64,000 bases of DNA from positions 3,097 to 67,096 of the forward strand of contig WRKU01000004.1 in the NCBI GenBank assembly GCA_009777935.1, in the 5' to 3' direction. This DNA comes from Coriobacteriia bacterium (GTDB lineage: Bacteria; Actinomycetota; Coriobacteriia; WRKU01). Position 1 is the stretch's first letter. Each line of letters starts with the position of its first letter. Under the pieces are notes generated by a model that worked only from the letters and a program-made list of their open reading frames with translations, searched no databases and was not told where the DNA came from. Both the position numbers and the translations under genes were made by a program. Below are positions 28,265 through 38,580 of this stretch, piece after piece.

Positions 28265-29088
28265 CGCGCGCCGCCCTTCCATACGGCAAGTTTAAGCTCA
28301 ATGAACTTGAGCACTTCGATGAGAAACCAACCAATACCACCGAGCGTAATCATACAGACCATCATCTTCGGTATTTGGAAGTAGTCCTTCGCTTCGTTGA
28401 GCACAAAACCAATGCCGGTACGCCCGCCGTACATCTCAGCAATAACGAGCATGACAAGTCCCATCGCTACCCCCGTCTTCACACTCATGATAAGAGCGCC
28501 GAGCGCATGCCAGAAATAGACGCGCACAATAAGCGTGAATTCGCTGGCACCGAACATGCGCGCACTGGCGAGGTAGCGCGAATCGGTGTCTTTGACGGCC
28601 TGGTAGGTATTGAAGAGAATCGGATAGAACGCGCCAATGAAAATGAGAAACGTCTGCATCGGAAGGCCAATTCCGAACAATATTATCGTGATGGGCACCC
28701 ACGCCGGTGGCGGTATGGGGGCGAGCAGCTGAAAGAGCGACAACGTGCGTTTACGAATCGCAATGTTCCATCCCATGAGGATTCCGAGAGGGATGGCGGT
28801 TACGATTGCGATGCCGAGGCCAAGGAAGAACTTGCCCATACTGTTGATGATATCGTGGATAAAGCCCTGATGAACGAAGAGATCCCACGCAGTGACGATG
28901 ACGTCGCTCGGTGGCGGGATGAGTGTACGGGGCACAACGCCGAGCTGCGGAAGAAGCTCCCAGAGGGCAACAAGGGGAATAAGTACGGTCAGAAACTCCC
29001 ACGAGAATATGTTAAGTGCCGCTCCCTTGAAGAAGTAGCCGAGCTCACGCAAAACAACGCGAATCGTGCCACGCGTGTTAGTCATCAT
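28261..29088 (-). CDS. ABC transporter permease (SsuC/TauC-like)
   Basis: LIPPPSDV, PIPPPAWVP, ARMFGA EAA-type loop, VIAEM...GIG. Confidence 0.92.
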   Translation of the reverse strand: MMTNTRGTIRVVLRELGYFFKGAALNIFSWEFLTVLIPLVALWELLPQLGVVPRTLIPPPSDVIVTAWDLFVHQGFIHDIINSMGKFFLGLGIAIVTAIPLGILMGWNIAIRKRTLSLFQLLAPIPPPAWVPITIILFGIGLPMQTFLIFIGAFYPILFNTYQAVKDTDSRYLASARMFGASEFTLIVRVYFWHALGALIMSVKTGVAMGLVMLVIAEMYGGRTGIGFVLNEAKDYFQIPKMMVCMITLGGIGWFLIEVLKFIELKLAVWKGGAR

Positions 29089-29971
29089 GATCCTCGGCAG
29101 CTTCAACGAAGAGCGCGACGAGCTCGTCATCGGCACGCGAAAACTCCGGTACCGGCTGGCCTTGCAGCGTATCGAATGACAGCGTCGTGCTGGTGACTAC
29201 TGCTTGGCGTAACTCATCGGGTGAGAGCTTCTGCGTCGCATCGAGCGCTTCAAGCAGCGGCTGCGCTGCGTCCTCTCTGTCACGTTGCACTAAGAGCACA
29301 AGCTCGGCCTGGTCGATGATTGCCGGACAGCACTCATCGCCGGGCTCGACATCCCAGCTCTGATAGAGAACGGTGTGGCCTTCATGCAGCGCGAGTGACA
29401 TGTACGACCCTTTGATGACCGCCGCATCGATGACGCCCGCCTCAAGTGCGGGCAGCATGGCATCGAAGGTGAGATATTCGTACGTAACATGGTCGAGACT
29501 CGCACCGAGACGCTCGGCATCCTCGGCAAATCGATCGAGCAGCTTACAGGTGGGCGCCGAGGCCGCAATCACCAGACCATCGAGCTCCTGTAGACGCACG
29601 TCAAGATCCTTACGCACCACGACCGTCGCACCGTACGGATAGGTGACCTTACCGGCAACGGTCAGCTGCTCAAAACCATCGAGTGCCGCGAGTGCCGCGA
29701 GTTTCTCAGCCTCGACAAAGCCGACATCGACTGTGTTCGAGAGCAGGGCGTAGCCAACATCGGCATGCGAGCGAAACTCCTGAAGATCGATGGGCGTGCC
29801 CTGAGCTGCGAGCGCCTCATCGGCGGCATAGAGGGTGGCGGAAAGATATCCGCCACCCGTCCCGACGGTCAAGGGTGCGCCCTCGGATGTGCTCGTACCC
29901 ACCGTGTCGGAGCCACAGGCAGTCAGCGCTACGACGAGCACAAGCGTCGATGCAAGCAGCTGTTTTACCAC
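29078..29971 (-). CDS. ABC transporter substrate-binding lipoprotein 2
   Basis: Lipobox LTAC; SsuA/NMT1-like segments; DECCPA motif; lies within the ABC operon. Confidence 0.78.
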   Translation of the reverse strand: MVKQLLASTLVLVVALTACGSDTVGTSTSEGAPLTVGTGGGYLSATLYAADEALAAQGTPIDLQEFRSHADVGYALLSNTVDVGFVEAEKLAALAALDGFEQLTVAGKVTYPYGATVVVRKDLDVRLQELDGLVIAASAPTCKLLDRFAEDAERLGASLDHVTYEYLTFDAMLPALEAGVIDAAVIKGSYMSLALHEGHTVLYQSWDVEPGDECCPAIIDQAELVLLVQRDREDAAQPLLEALDATQKLSPDELRQAVVTSTTLSFDTLQGQPVPEFSRADDELVALFVEAAEDHDD

Positions 29972-30969
29972 GTAATTCCCTTAAAGGCTTGAGCAAACAT
30001 CGTATCGCCGGGATGTTCCTTGATATCACCGTTTGCGAGGAGTTCATCGCCCAGCGCTTTCAAGCCGGCAACTTCGAGCTGCGTACCAAACAAGAGCAGG
30101 TGATTACCGTGCCTAATGGCATCCTCCGGAGCCCCCGTGTATTTGACCGCGATTGCCACGATGTCATCGGCGACCGGGTCGGCCAGGATGAGCTCGTTGG
30201 CTTCATTCACTGCCTCGATGAAGCGCTGGAGTGCCTCGGCGTTGCTCGTCAGAATGCGATTGCTCGCGTTAATCGTACGACAGGGGATGTTCTCGGAGAC
30301 TTCGCGGAACATAACTTGGTAGCCTGCGAGCTCGGCGATGCTGGCGTGCGGCTCTTCGAGAATCGCACCATCGACACTGCCGCCCTCAAGAGCGGTGATA
30401 GCCGGACCGCCGGCTAAGCGCTCAAGGTTGAACTCGGCGCCCGCATCGCGCGCTGCAGTCGTCAAAGAAATGACGGCTTCACAGGTCGGTGAGATGCCGG
30501 CGATGTTCTTACCGTCAAGATCGGCGAGTGTCCGTATATCCGAGCCCTGTGGCACGAGCAGAACACTCGTACACGGCTTCTTAACCTGTGCGATAGTCTG
30601 AATCGGCGCACCGTTGGCGATAGCGGCGATAGCAACGGTCGGGCAGGTCCAAAAGACATCTGCGCCACCCGATACGACGAGGTCGCGTGCGGCCGCGTTG
30701 TCCTCGACCTCGATAATCTCTACGTCAAGACCGTACTTCTCGAAGAGTCCCTCCTCGAGGGCGGTGTAGAGGTTGAGGTGGTGGGTCGTCTTCGCATCGG
30801 CGACGACGATACGCGTTGGCGTTACCACCTGCTCCTCTGCGGCCTCCTTAGCAGGTGGCGCGCAACCTACGAGCAGAGATGCAGAGAGTATCGCGGCAAA
30901 AACGAGTGCCGTGACGCGCTTCGTTCGAAGACGTCCGCCTCCCTGCTTCTCTTCCTTTTTTGACAACAT
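29965..30969 (-). CDS. ABC transporter substrate-binding lipoprotein 1 (SsuA/NMT1-like)
   Basis: Lipobox LVGC; GLFEKYGLDVE, IRTLADLDGK, EEPHAS, NIPCRTI. Confidence 0.87.
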   Translation of the reverse strand: MLSKKEEKQGGGRLRTKRVTALVFAAILSASLLVGCAPPAKEAAEEQVVTPTRIVVADAKTTHHLNLYTALEEGLFEKYGLDVEIIEVEDNAAARDLVVSGGADVFWTCPTVAIAAIANGAPIQTIAQVKKPCTSVLLVPQGSDIRTLADLDGKNIAGISPTCEAVISLTTAARDAGAEFNLERLAGGPAITALEGGSVDGAILEEPHASIAELAGYQVMFREVSENIPCRTINASNRILTSNAEALQRFIEAVNEANELILADPVADDIVAIAVKYTGAPEDAIRHGNHLLLFGTQLEVAGLKALGDELLANGDIKEHPGDTMFAQAFKGITW

Positions 30970-31010
30970 CTGTTTCCTCCTTCTTCTTGCGTTCCGACAC
31001 TTTTCCTAAA

Positions 31011-31047
31011 ACCTATAAAACATACTAGTTTTATGTGTTTTATAGGT
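31011..31047. promoter_or_regulatory. Inverted repeat, candidate operator between divergent sulfur operons
   Basis: ACCTATAAAACA-N13-TGTTTTATAGGT, a perfect 12-bp inverted repeat in an AT-rich spacer. Confidence 0.6.
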
Positions 31048-31133
31048 ATAATAGGTTGAGTAGTTTGATTTGTCAAGCGGTATCGGCTTAAATAGAGAAC
31101 GGCCAATCGAGAACAACGGTGGGAGGCATATTA

Positions 31134-31932
31134 ATGGGCACGTCGATATATACGAGACCTGAAACGGCCTGCATACACGCTATGCGCGACAAAACGCAAT
31201 CGACCGGCGCCGTCATCCCTCCCATCTATCAATCTGCGATATTCGCACATCCGGGTTTTAATCAGAGCACCGGCTACGACTACTCGCGCACACAAAATCC
31301 CACGGCCGAGCACACCGAAAAGCTGCTCGCCGCCTTAGAGGGTGGAGCCGGCGCTGTTGCATTTGCGACCGGCATGGCGGCACTCTCTGCGCTCATGGAG
31401 CTCTTTGCACCCGGCGATGAGATTGTTGTCACCGACGATCTCTACGGCGGCACAATCCGCCTCTTTGAGCAGATATCGATAAAGAACGGCCTCGTCATAC
31501 ACTATGTCGACACGTCGGATCTGTCCGCCGTAGAGGCAGCCCTCAACGATGCGACACGTGCCGTGTTTATCGAGACGCCCACCAATCCGCTCATGAAGGT
31601 AACCGATATCGCCGGCGTACGTGCTCTTCTTGGGGAGCGCGGCCTACGAACTTTCACAGCGACAGGCACGCGGCTTCGGTGCGATGATAAGTTTCCATGT
31701 GGCCGATGCCGCAACGGCCCGTCATATCGTCGACAATACCGAGATGATCCTGTTCGCCGAAAGCCTTGGCGGTGTCGAGACGCTCATCACTCATCCGCTG
31801 ACACAGACGCATTGCGATGTACCGAAGACCACACTTGCCGCGCGCGGTATCGACGATACGCTCTTGCGTCTATCGGTCGGCATCGAGGCCGTTGACGACA
31901 TCATTGCCGATCTTGAGAGGACACTATCATGA
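31134..31932 (+). pseudogene. metB: Cystathionine gamma-synthase/lyase (MetB/MetC family) with internal deletion and frameshift
   Basis: The N-part (PPIYQS, YSRTQNPT, FIETPTNP) stops at KVTDIAGV (~31620). The C-part (GFGAMISF, AESLGGVETL, LLRLSVGIE) is in another frame. The VDNTF and HSxTK PLP-lysine region is missing. Confidence 0.85.
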
Positions 31933-33125
31933 GTTCTACAACCCACACGAACAACACGCCCGACACGCCAATACACTACGACTTCGATACCGTTATTGAC
32001 CGCCACAACACGAACTCCGTCAAATGTGACTTTGCTTGTGAGCGTGGCAAACCCGAAGGGCTGCTGCCGCTTTGGCTCGCCGACATGGACTTTGCGGCTC
32101 CACCCGAAGTTCTCGACGACCTCACGCGCGCCGTTGCGCACGGCATCTTCGGCTATTCGGAGCCACAAAATGCCTACTACGAGGCAGTCACCACGTGGTT
32201 TGCCACACGGTTCGGCTACCGAGTTGAACCACACGAAATCATCAAGACCCCCGGCATCGTCTTTGCCATGGCACAGGCGATTCGCGCGCTCACCGAGCCG
32301 GGCGAGGCGGTCCTCATCCAGACACCGATCTACTATCCGTTCTACCACGTCATCGCCGACAACAACCGCACGATTGTAAAAAACCCGCTCGCCTATCGTG
32401 AGGGGCGTTACTCGATCGATTTTGCGGCTTTCGAGCAGACTATCGTCGAGCAAGGTATCCGTCTCTTCATCCTCTGCAGCCCACACAACCCTGTCGGCCG
32501 CGTGTGGACGCGCGCCGAGCTCGAACAGCTGAGCGACATCTGCACCCGCCACAACGTCACCGTCTTCTCAGACGAGATCCATGGCGACTTCGTATGGGAG
32601 GGCCACGAACACACCTGTTTTGGGCTTATCGACGAACGTGCGATTATTGCAACGGCACCGAGTAAAACATTCAACCTCGCCGGTCTGCAGACATCCAACG
32701 TCTTCGTCAAAGATGTCGGACTACACGCTGCCTTGAGCGCCGAGATACAGCGCAGCGGATATAGCCAGCTCAATACGCTCGGCCTCGTCGCCTGCCAGAG
32801 TGCCTACACGCACGGTGCACCGTGGCTTGAGGCGTTGCGCGCCTATCTCGTTGCAAATATCGATTTTACGCGCGAGTTTTTAACACAGCGACTTCCGGGT
32901 GTAACGCTCGCCGAGCCCGAAGGCATGTACCTCCTGTGGCTCGACTTTTCCGCATACGGCCTCGGGCAAAAAGAGCTCGACCGTCGCATCGTCGAAGATG
33001 CCGGGCTCTGGCTCAGCAGCGGAACGGTTTTTGGTGACGAGGGTGTCGGCTTTCAGCGCATCAACGTCGCATGTCCGCGCTCAGTGCTCGCTGATGCGTT
33101 AGAGCGCCTTGCACGAGCGTTTTAG
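31929..33125 (+). CDS. patB: MalY/PatB family cystathionine beta-lyase
   Basis: PLWLADMDF, CSPHNPVGRVW, SDEIHGD, APSKTFNLAGL, RINVACPR. Confidence 0.92.
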   Translation: MSSTTHTNNTPDTPIHYDFDTVIDRHNTNSVKCDFACERGKPEGLLPLWLADMDFAAPPEVLDDLTRAVAHGIFGYSEPQNAYYEAVTTWFATRFGYRVEPHEIIKTPGIVFAMAQAIRALTEPGEAVLIQTPIYYPFYHVIADNNRTIVKNPLAYREGRYSIDFAAFEQTIVEQGIRLFILCSPHNPVGRVWTRAELEQLSDICTRHNVTVFSDEIHGDFVWEGHEHTCFGLIDERAIIATAPSKTFNLAGLQTSNVFVKDVGLHAALSAEIQRSGYSQLNTLGLVACQSAYTHGAPWLEALRAYLVANIDFTREFLTQRLPGVTLAEPEGMYLLWLDFSAYGLGQKELDRRIVEDAGLWLSSGTVFGDEGVGFQRINVACPRSVLADALERLARAF

Positions 33126-33144
33126 CTACTGCCTTTTGTGTACC

Positions 33145-34935
33145 CTAATTAACGCGCAGATGAACCTCTTTGAGCTGGCGAGAATCGAGCGCGTCAGGAG
33201 CACCGGTCATGGCATCGGCCCCCGATGACGTTTTCGGGAAGGCGATAACGTCTCGAATCGACTCGTAGCCTGCCAGCAGCATAACGAGACGGTCGAGCCC
33301 AAGCGCGATACCACCGTGTGGAGGCGCACCTGAGTCGAGTGCTTGGAGCAAGAACCCGAACTGCTCGCTGGCCTCTTCGTCTGCGATGCCGAGTGCCGCC
33401 AAAACGCGCCGCTGTACCTCGGCCGTGTGGTTGCGCAGCGTACCGCCGCCAATCTCGTAACCGTTCATCACGAGGTCGTAGCTGTAACTCAGCACCTCGC
33501 CGGGATGGGTTTCAAGCTTGCTGAGGTCATCGTCGAACGGACGCGTAAAGGGATGATGCGTCGCCGCCCAACGTCCCTCGCCACCCTGCGTGCCACCGCC
33601 ATCTTCATCGCGGCGCAACAGCGGGAAATCGACAACCCATAGCAGGGCATCACCGGTACGCTCGATGGCCAACTCCTCGGCGAGTGCAAGGCGTACCACG
33701 CCCAGCACCTCGTTGACGACATCACGCGTATCGGCACCGAAGACGAGCAGGTCACCCGGCTCAACGTCGAGACGCTCACGCATAGCGGCGATTTCATCGC
33801 TGGACAGAAACTTCGCAATCGGGCTTTTGACCTCGCCTTCGGGCGTGAAAACAATCCATGCCATGCCCTTCGCGCCACTGTCGATGGCAAGCTGGTTGAG
33901 CGCATCGATGCGCGAACGCGCGAACGAGCCTCCCCCTTTCGCGTTAATCGCCTTGACGACACCACCGGCCTTGACGGCTCCCGCAAAGACACCGAACTCG
34001 CTGCCGGCCACAACATCGCTGATGTCGACGAGCTCAAGGCCGAAGCGTGTGTCGGGGCGATCGGAGCCGTAGGTATCCATCGCATCCGCATAGGTCATAC
34101 GTGGGAGTGGCGCGGTGAGTTCACGACCAGCAGCGGCCATAACTTCGGCCATAACCTGCTCCATCATCTGCATGACATCGTCCTGGCTCACGAAGCTCAT
34201 TTCGATATCGACCTGCGTAAATTCGGGCTGGCGATCAGCACGCAGGTCTTCGTCACGAAAACAACGCGCAATCTGATAGTAACGCTCGATGCCGCCGACC
34301 ATCAGCAGCTGCTTAAAGAGCTGGGGCGACTGCGGCAATGCGTAGAACTTTGCGGCCTGTATGCGCGAAGGAACGACGAAGTCACGCGCACCTTCCGGCG
34401 TCGACTTGCACAGAATCGGTGTCTCGACCTCGATAAAACCGAGGCTGTCGAGCGCACGGCGAAATGCGGCCGTAACCTTTGCGCGTAACTCAAGCGTACG
34501 CGTCATCGCGGGGCGTCGGATATCGAGATAGCGCCACTGCATGCGTACGAGCTCATCGGTATCGGTCTCGTCTTCTATCTCAAAGGGCGGTGTATTGGCG
34601 CGGTTGAGCACCTCAAGCTCGGTCACCACAACCTCGGCCTCGCCCGTTATCATCTGCGGATTTTCGGTACCCTCCGGACGCTTGCGTACGGTGCCGGTCA
34701 CCTGCACGACCCACTCGGGGCGAATCGTTTCAGCAAGCTTGAACGCGTCGCCCGATGCGTCAGGGTCAAAGGTGCACTGCACGATGGCGGTACGGTCACG
34801 CAGGTCCACAAAGATGAGCCCGCCGTGGTCGCGCCGCTTCGCCACCCAGCCGGCAAGCGTGACGGTCTGCCCGATGGCAGCGGCCGTTATCTGTTCGTTC
34901 ATGTGGGTGCGTGTCGAAAAGTCTGCGGTTAGCAT
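33145..34935 (-). CDS. aspS: Aspartate--tRNA ligase
   Basis: RDHGGLIFVDLRD, ALPQSPQLFKQ, FRDEDLRADRQPEFTQ, GAPPHGG, VIAFPKT; start ATG 34935. Confidence 0.98.
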   Translation of the reverse strand: MLTADFSTRTHMNEQITAAAIGQTVTLAGWVAKRRDHGGLIFVDLRDRTAIVQCTFDPDASGDAFKLAETIRPEWVVQVTGTVRKRPEGTENPQMITGEAEVVVTELEVLNRANTPPFEIEDETDTDELVRMQWRYLDIRRPAMTRTLELRAKVTAAFRRALDSLGFIEVETPILCKSTPEGARDFVVPSRIQAAKFYALPQSPQLFKQLLMVGGIERYYQIARCFRDEDLRADRQPEFTQVDIEMSFVSQDDVMQMMEQVMAEVMAAAGRELTAPLPRMTYADAMDTYGSDRPDTRFGLELVDISDVVAGSEFGVFAGAVKAGGVVKAINAKGGGSFARSRIDALNQLAIDSGAKGMAWIVFTPEGEVKSPIAKFLSSDEIAAMRERLDVEPGDLLVFGADTRDVVNEVLGVVRLALAEELAIERTGDALLWVVDFPLLRRDEDGGGTQGGEGRWAATHHPFTRPFDDDLSKLETHPGEVLSYSYDLVMNGYEIGGGTLRNHTAEVQRRVLAALGIADEEASEQFGFLLQALDSGAPPHGGIALGLDRLVMLLAGYESIRDVIAFPKTSSGADAMTGAPDALDSRQLKEVHLRVN

Positions 34936-34960
34936 TGCTCGCCTCTTCCTTGGGCTTTCT

Positions 34961-36262
34961 TTAGCTTGCCTCGAGTACGGAAAGGAACTCCTCGTAGGCA
35001 ACGAATCGCTCCTCTTTGCTCTGCATGTCACGCAGCGTCACGCCGCCGCGCTCATCTTCATCGGGTGCCAGTATCGCAACGAAGTACGCGCCGGCTTTAT
35101 CGGCCGCCTTCATCTGGCTTTTGAGCGAACGGCCAGCAAGGTCAATCTGTACGTACCAGCCTTCATCGCGCACCTGTGTGGCGAAGTCAAAGGCGCGCGC
35201 GCGTAAACCGTCGCCTGCATCGGTGCTCGCGCACGCGACGTAGAGATCACACTCCCCTGCTGCGGCAAGCTCGGCACCTTGTGCCTCGAGCACAAGCAGT
35301 ACGCGTTCGAACCCGATGGCAAAGCCGATGCCGGGGGTGGACTTGCCGCCCAACGCCTCGGCCAGCCCATCGTAGCGCCCACCGCCGCCGAGCGCGTTTT
35401 GGGACGCGCCCAGGCCGGTGTCGGCCACGACCTCAAAGACGGTACGTGTGTAGTAGTCGAGTCCGCGCACGAGCGTGTCGTCTTGCTCCCACGTAATCTG
35501 CACGAGGTCGAGGAGCTCCTTGACCTGCGCATCATGCACGGCACACGCCTCGCAGAGGCTCTCGGAAAGCCGTGGCGCACCCGCGGCCGCAAAGACCGTG
35601 CGACAGGCAGGGTTCTTGCAGTCGAGCGCACGCAGCGGGTTCGTGTCAGCACGCTCCACGCACCGCTCACACAGCTCACCGGCGTGCGCACGGATAAACG
35701 CTTCAACAGCGTCACGATACGCGGGGCGGCACGCCGCACAGCCCATCGAGTTGATGAGCAGCCGCATGCTCTCGCGCGTAATACCAATCTCAGGAAAGTA
35801 CGCCATGAGCATGGCGATTATCTCGGCATCGGCCTCCGGCGTGTCAAATCCGAGTGCCTCGGCACCAATCTGGTAGAACTGACGCTGACGCCCCTTCTGT
35901 GGACGCTCGTAGCGAAATTGCGGGCCTGCGTAGTAGAGCTTCACGCCCCCGCCTTGTGCGATAGAACCAGCAACGCCTGCATTAATCGCCGCACGCACAA
36001 CGCCGGCGGTGTTCTCGGGACGCAACGTTATCTCGCGCTCGCCACGATCCTCAAAGGTATACATCTCTTTGCCGACGACATCGGTCGCCTCGCCCAATCC
36101 GCGCGTGAAGACCTCGGTTGCCTCGAATATCGGCGTATAGATAGGCTCGTAGCCGTAGCGCCCAAAAACCTCACGCGCCACGTTTGTACAAAACTCCCAC
36201 GCACGCGCCGTCACACCGATTAAATCGGTCGTTCCTTTCGGGGCGGTGTAGGTGTTAGCCAT
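34961..36262 (-). CDS. hisS: Histidine--tRNA ligase
   Basis: LRPENTA, FRYERPQKGRQRQF, LVRGLDYYTRT, GGGRYDGL. Confidence 0.98.
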   Translation of the reverse strand: MANTYTAPKGTTDLIGVTARAWEFCTNVAREVFGRYGYEPIYTPIFEATEVFTRGLGEATDVVGKEMYTFEDRGEREITLRPENTAGVVRAAINAGVAGSIAQGGGVKLYYAGPQFRYERPQKGRQRQFYQIGAEALGFDTPEADAEIIAMLMAYFPEIGITRESMRLLINSMGCAACRPAYRDAVEAFIRAHAGELCERCVERADTNPLRALDCKNPACRTVFAAAGAPRLSESLCEACAVHDAQVKELLDLVQITWEQDDTLVRGLDYYTRTVFEVVADTGLGASQNALGGGGRYDGLAEALGGKSTPGIGFAIGFERVLLVLEAQGAELAAAGECDLYVACASTDAGDGLRARAFDFATQVRDEGWYVQIDLAGRSLKSQMKAADKAGAYFVAILAPDEDERGGVTLRDMQSKEERFVAYEEFLSVLEAS

Positions 36263-36286
36263 GGCTCCCGGATTCGATTCGCCGAG

Positions 36287-36967
36287 CTAGTCGACCGCGA
36301 GCTTAACGCCGGGGCCCATCGTGGATGTGAGCGTCACCGACTTAAGGTACTTGCCCTTCGCCGATGCCGGCTTGGCACGCATGATTTCGTCGTAGAGCGC
36401 CTGATAGTTCCCCACCAGTGCAGCGGCCTCGAAGCTTGCCTTGCCAATCGGCACGTGGCAGATACCGAACTTGTCCGCACGATACTCCACACGGCCGCCC
36501 TTGAGGTCCTTGACGATTTTCTCGACGTCCATGGTAACGGTACCGAGCTTCGGGTTCGGCATGAGGTTACGTGGGCCGAGCACCTTACCGAGCTTACCGA
36601 CCTTCGCCATCATGTCAGGTGTGGCAACGGTCGCGTCAAAGTCGGTAAAGCCGCCCTCAATCTTGGCGATAAGGTCGTCGTCACCGACGATATCGGCACC
36701 GGCGGCCTCGGCCTCTTTGGCCTTGTCACCCTGCGCGAAAACAGCGACGCGCACCGTCTTGCCGGTTCCGTTGGGAAGCGAAATTGAACCACGAATCGCC
36801 TGGTCAGCGTGGCGAGTATCGACGCCGAGACGAAAGTGTGCCTCGATGGTTTCGTCAAACTTCGCCATCGCGCATTCCTTGACGAGCGCAACCGCTTCTT
36901 CAGGCGTATAGAGCTTGCCGGCCTCGACCTTGCCCTCAAGTGCCTTTTCTTTCTTACTCGTCGCCAT
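36287..36967 (-). CDS. rplA: 50S ribosomal protein L1
   Basis: [35 protein letters not shown]; start ATG 36967. Confidence 0.97.
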   Translation of the reverse strand: MATSKKEKALEGKVEAGKLYTPEEAVALVKECAMAKFDETIEAHFRLGVDTRHADQAIRGSISLPNGTGKTVRVAVFAQGDKAKEAEAAGADIVGDDDLIAKIEGGFTDFDATVATPDMMAKVGKLGKVLGPRNLMPNPKLGTVTMDVEKIVKDLKGGRVEYRADKFGICHVPIGKASFEAAALVGNYQALYDEIMRAKPASAKGKYLKSVTLTSTMGPGVKLAVD

Positions 36968-37523
36968 CGCCGGCCTCCTCGCCAATAACCTCGGGCTCTG
37001 CACCCTCTTCGCCCTCGACACCTTCGATCGCTTCGTCCTCCTCGACGATGACGATACGCTTCTCGCGCTCCTCAAAGCCCGGCAGCAGCTCGCCGTTATC
37101 ATCGGTAACCTGAATACCCATTGAACGAGCGGTACCGGCGATAACCTTTGCACCGGCTTCGATGTCGTTTGCGTTGAGGTCAGCCATCTTCTCTTGTGCA
37201 ATGTCGCGGCACTGTTGCAGCGTCACAATCGCAACCTTATCGGCCTGGGGCCAGCCCGAACCCTTCTCGATACCGGCTGCCTTACGCAACAGGTACGCCG
37301 CGGGCGGCGTCTTGATAATGTAGTCGAACGTTTTGTCCTCGTACACCGTAATTTCGACCGGCAGCGTCACACCTTGACGATCGGCCGTATCAGCATTAAA
37401 CGCCTGACAGAACTGCATGATGTTGACGCCCTGCGCACCGAGCGCGGGGCCAACGGGCGGTGCCGGATTAGCTTGCCCACCGGGAATCTGCAGTTTTATG
37501 AATCCTGCTACTTTCTTAGCCAC
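36954..37523 (-). CDS. rplK: 50S ribosomal protein L11 with acidic C-terminal extension
   Basis: [26 protein letters not shown], then about 45 extra Glu/Gly-rich residues. Confidence 0.97.
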   Translation of the reverse strand: MAKKVAGFIKLQIPGGQANPAPPVGPALGAQGVNIMQFCQAFNADTADRQGVTLPVEITVYEDKTFDYIIKTPPAAYLLRKAAGIEKGSGWPQADKVAIVTLQQCRDIAQEKMADLNANDIEAGAKVIAGTARSMGIQVTDDNGELLPGFEEREKRIVIVEEDEAIEGVEGEEGAEPEVIGEEAGDGDE

Positions 37524-37612
37524 TTTCGGCTCCTATCTAAGACTCGTCTAAATATTCTCTACACGGAGGAGAAGCGCATCGTCCACCGATGCCCTCCGCG
37601 ATAGTTCTCCTG

Positions 37613-38158
37613 CTATATCCGCTCCACACTCGCAAAATCAAGCGTGACAGGGGTTTCACGGCCGAAGAGCGTCACCGTGCAGGTGAGCACGCCCTTTTCT
37701 GGGTTGACCTCGGTGACCGTCGCATCGAAATCCTCGAACGCGCCGGTACGAATGCGAACGGTCTGGCCCACCTCATAGTTGCTCACGATAACCGGAGCCG
37801 CCGCACTTGACCTACTCTTGCCGAGCATGCGATTGACCTCATCGCGCGAAAGCGGTTGCGGCTGCGAGTTGGTGGCGCCGGACTTGCCGACAAACCCGGT
37901 AACACCGGGCGTATGACGCACGACGGCCCACGAGTGGTCGTCGAGTATCATCTGCACGAAAATGTAGCCGGGAAAGAGTCGATTCTCAACCTTCTTGCCG
38001 TCATCGGAACTGATAACGGTCTCGGTCGGAATCTTGATATCGAAAACCATATCCTCCATATTGAGCGACTCGACGCGATGGCGCAATGCCTCCTCGACCT
38101 TACGCTCATGGCCCGAGTAGGTATGAATGACGTACCACTTTTTGCTTTTGCGTGCCAT
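37613..38158 (-). CDS. nusG: Transcription termination/antitermination protein NusG
   Basis: WYVIHTYSG, LFPGYIFV, TPGVTGF, LFGRETPV. Confidence 0.97.
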   Translation of the reverse strand: MARKSKKWYVIHTYSGHERKVEEALRHRVESLNMEDMVFDIKIPTETVISSDDGKKVENRLFPGYIFVQMILDDHSWAVVRHTPGVTGFVGKSGATNSQPQPLSRDEVNRMLGKSRSSAAAPVIVSNYEVGQTVRIRTGAFEDFDATVTEVNPEKGVLTCTVTLFGRETPVTLDFASVERI

Positions 38159-38173
38159 CGGTTTTGTGCCTTC

Positions 38174-38428
38174 CTAATAGGCCGACAGGTCGAGTAAGAA
38201 CTCGATGGCGCCGGTCGAAATCCAGTCGACGACAAACGTGAAGATAGCAAAGAAAATCAGCGTCACGATGACGACGATCGTCGAATTGAAGACCTCTTGG
38301 CGCGAAGGCCAAACGACGCGCTTGAACTCGGCGACGACGCCCCTGAGGTAATCGCCGAACCGCTCGATTAGGCTTGGCTTCTTCGGCGCACCGTGCGCCT
38401 TCTTATTCGATTTTTTACCCTGTGCCAT
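38174..38428 (-). CDS. secE: Preprotein translocase subunit SecE
   Basis: EFKRVVWPS plus a TM helix, upstream of nusG. Confidence 0.95.
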   Translation of the reverse strand: MAQGKKSNKKAHGAPKKPSLIERFGDYLRGVVAEFKRVVWPSRQEVFNSTIVVIVTLIFFAIFTFVVDWISTGAIEFLLDLSAY

Positions 38429-38558
38429 AACATTACCCATCTCTTTCTATGCTGCGTAGGTCAGATGCTGTTGTAAGCGTGCCTTGCAAGGCGAAGCGTA
38501 CCGAACTTGTACGTGAGCCGAAGCAATGGTGCGCTTAGACGGTATCTGAGCTAAGCAG

Positions 38559-38580
38559 ATGGCAGGCCAGGAGGGATTCG
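38559..38580 (-). repeat. 22-bp duplicate of the tRNA-Trp 3' end
   Basis: ATGGCAGGCCAGGAGGGATTCG is identical to 38724-38745. Confidence 0.93.

Noticed and set aside
29680-29702. GAGTGCCGC tandem repeat in SBP2
   Set aside because: Two and a half 9-bp units, in frame (LAALAAL); too short to be a contingency locus.
37524-37612. L1 autoregulatory leader upstream of rplK
   Set aside because: A hairpin is present, but I could not confirm the L1-binding kink motif by eye.
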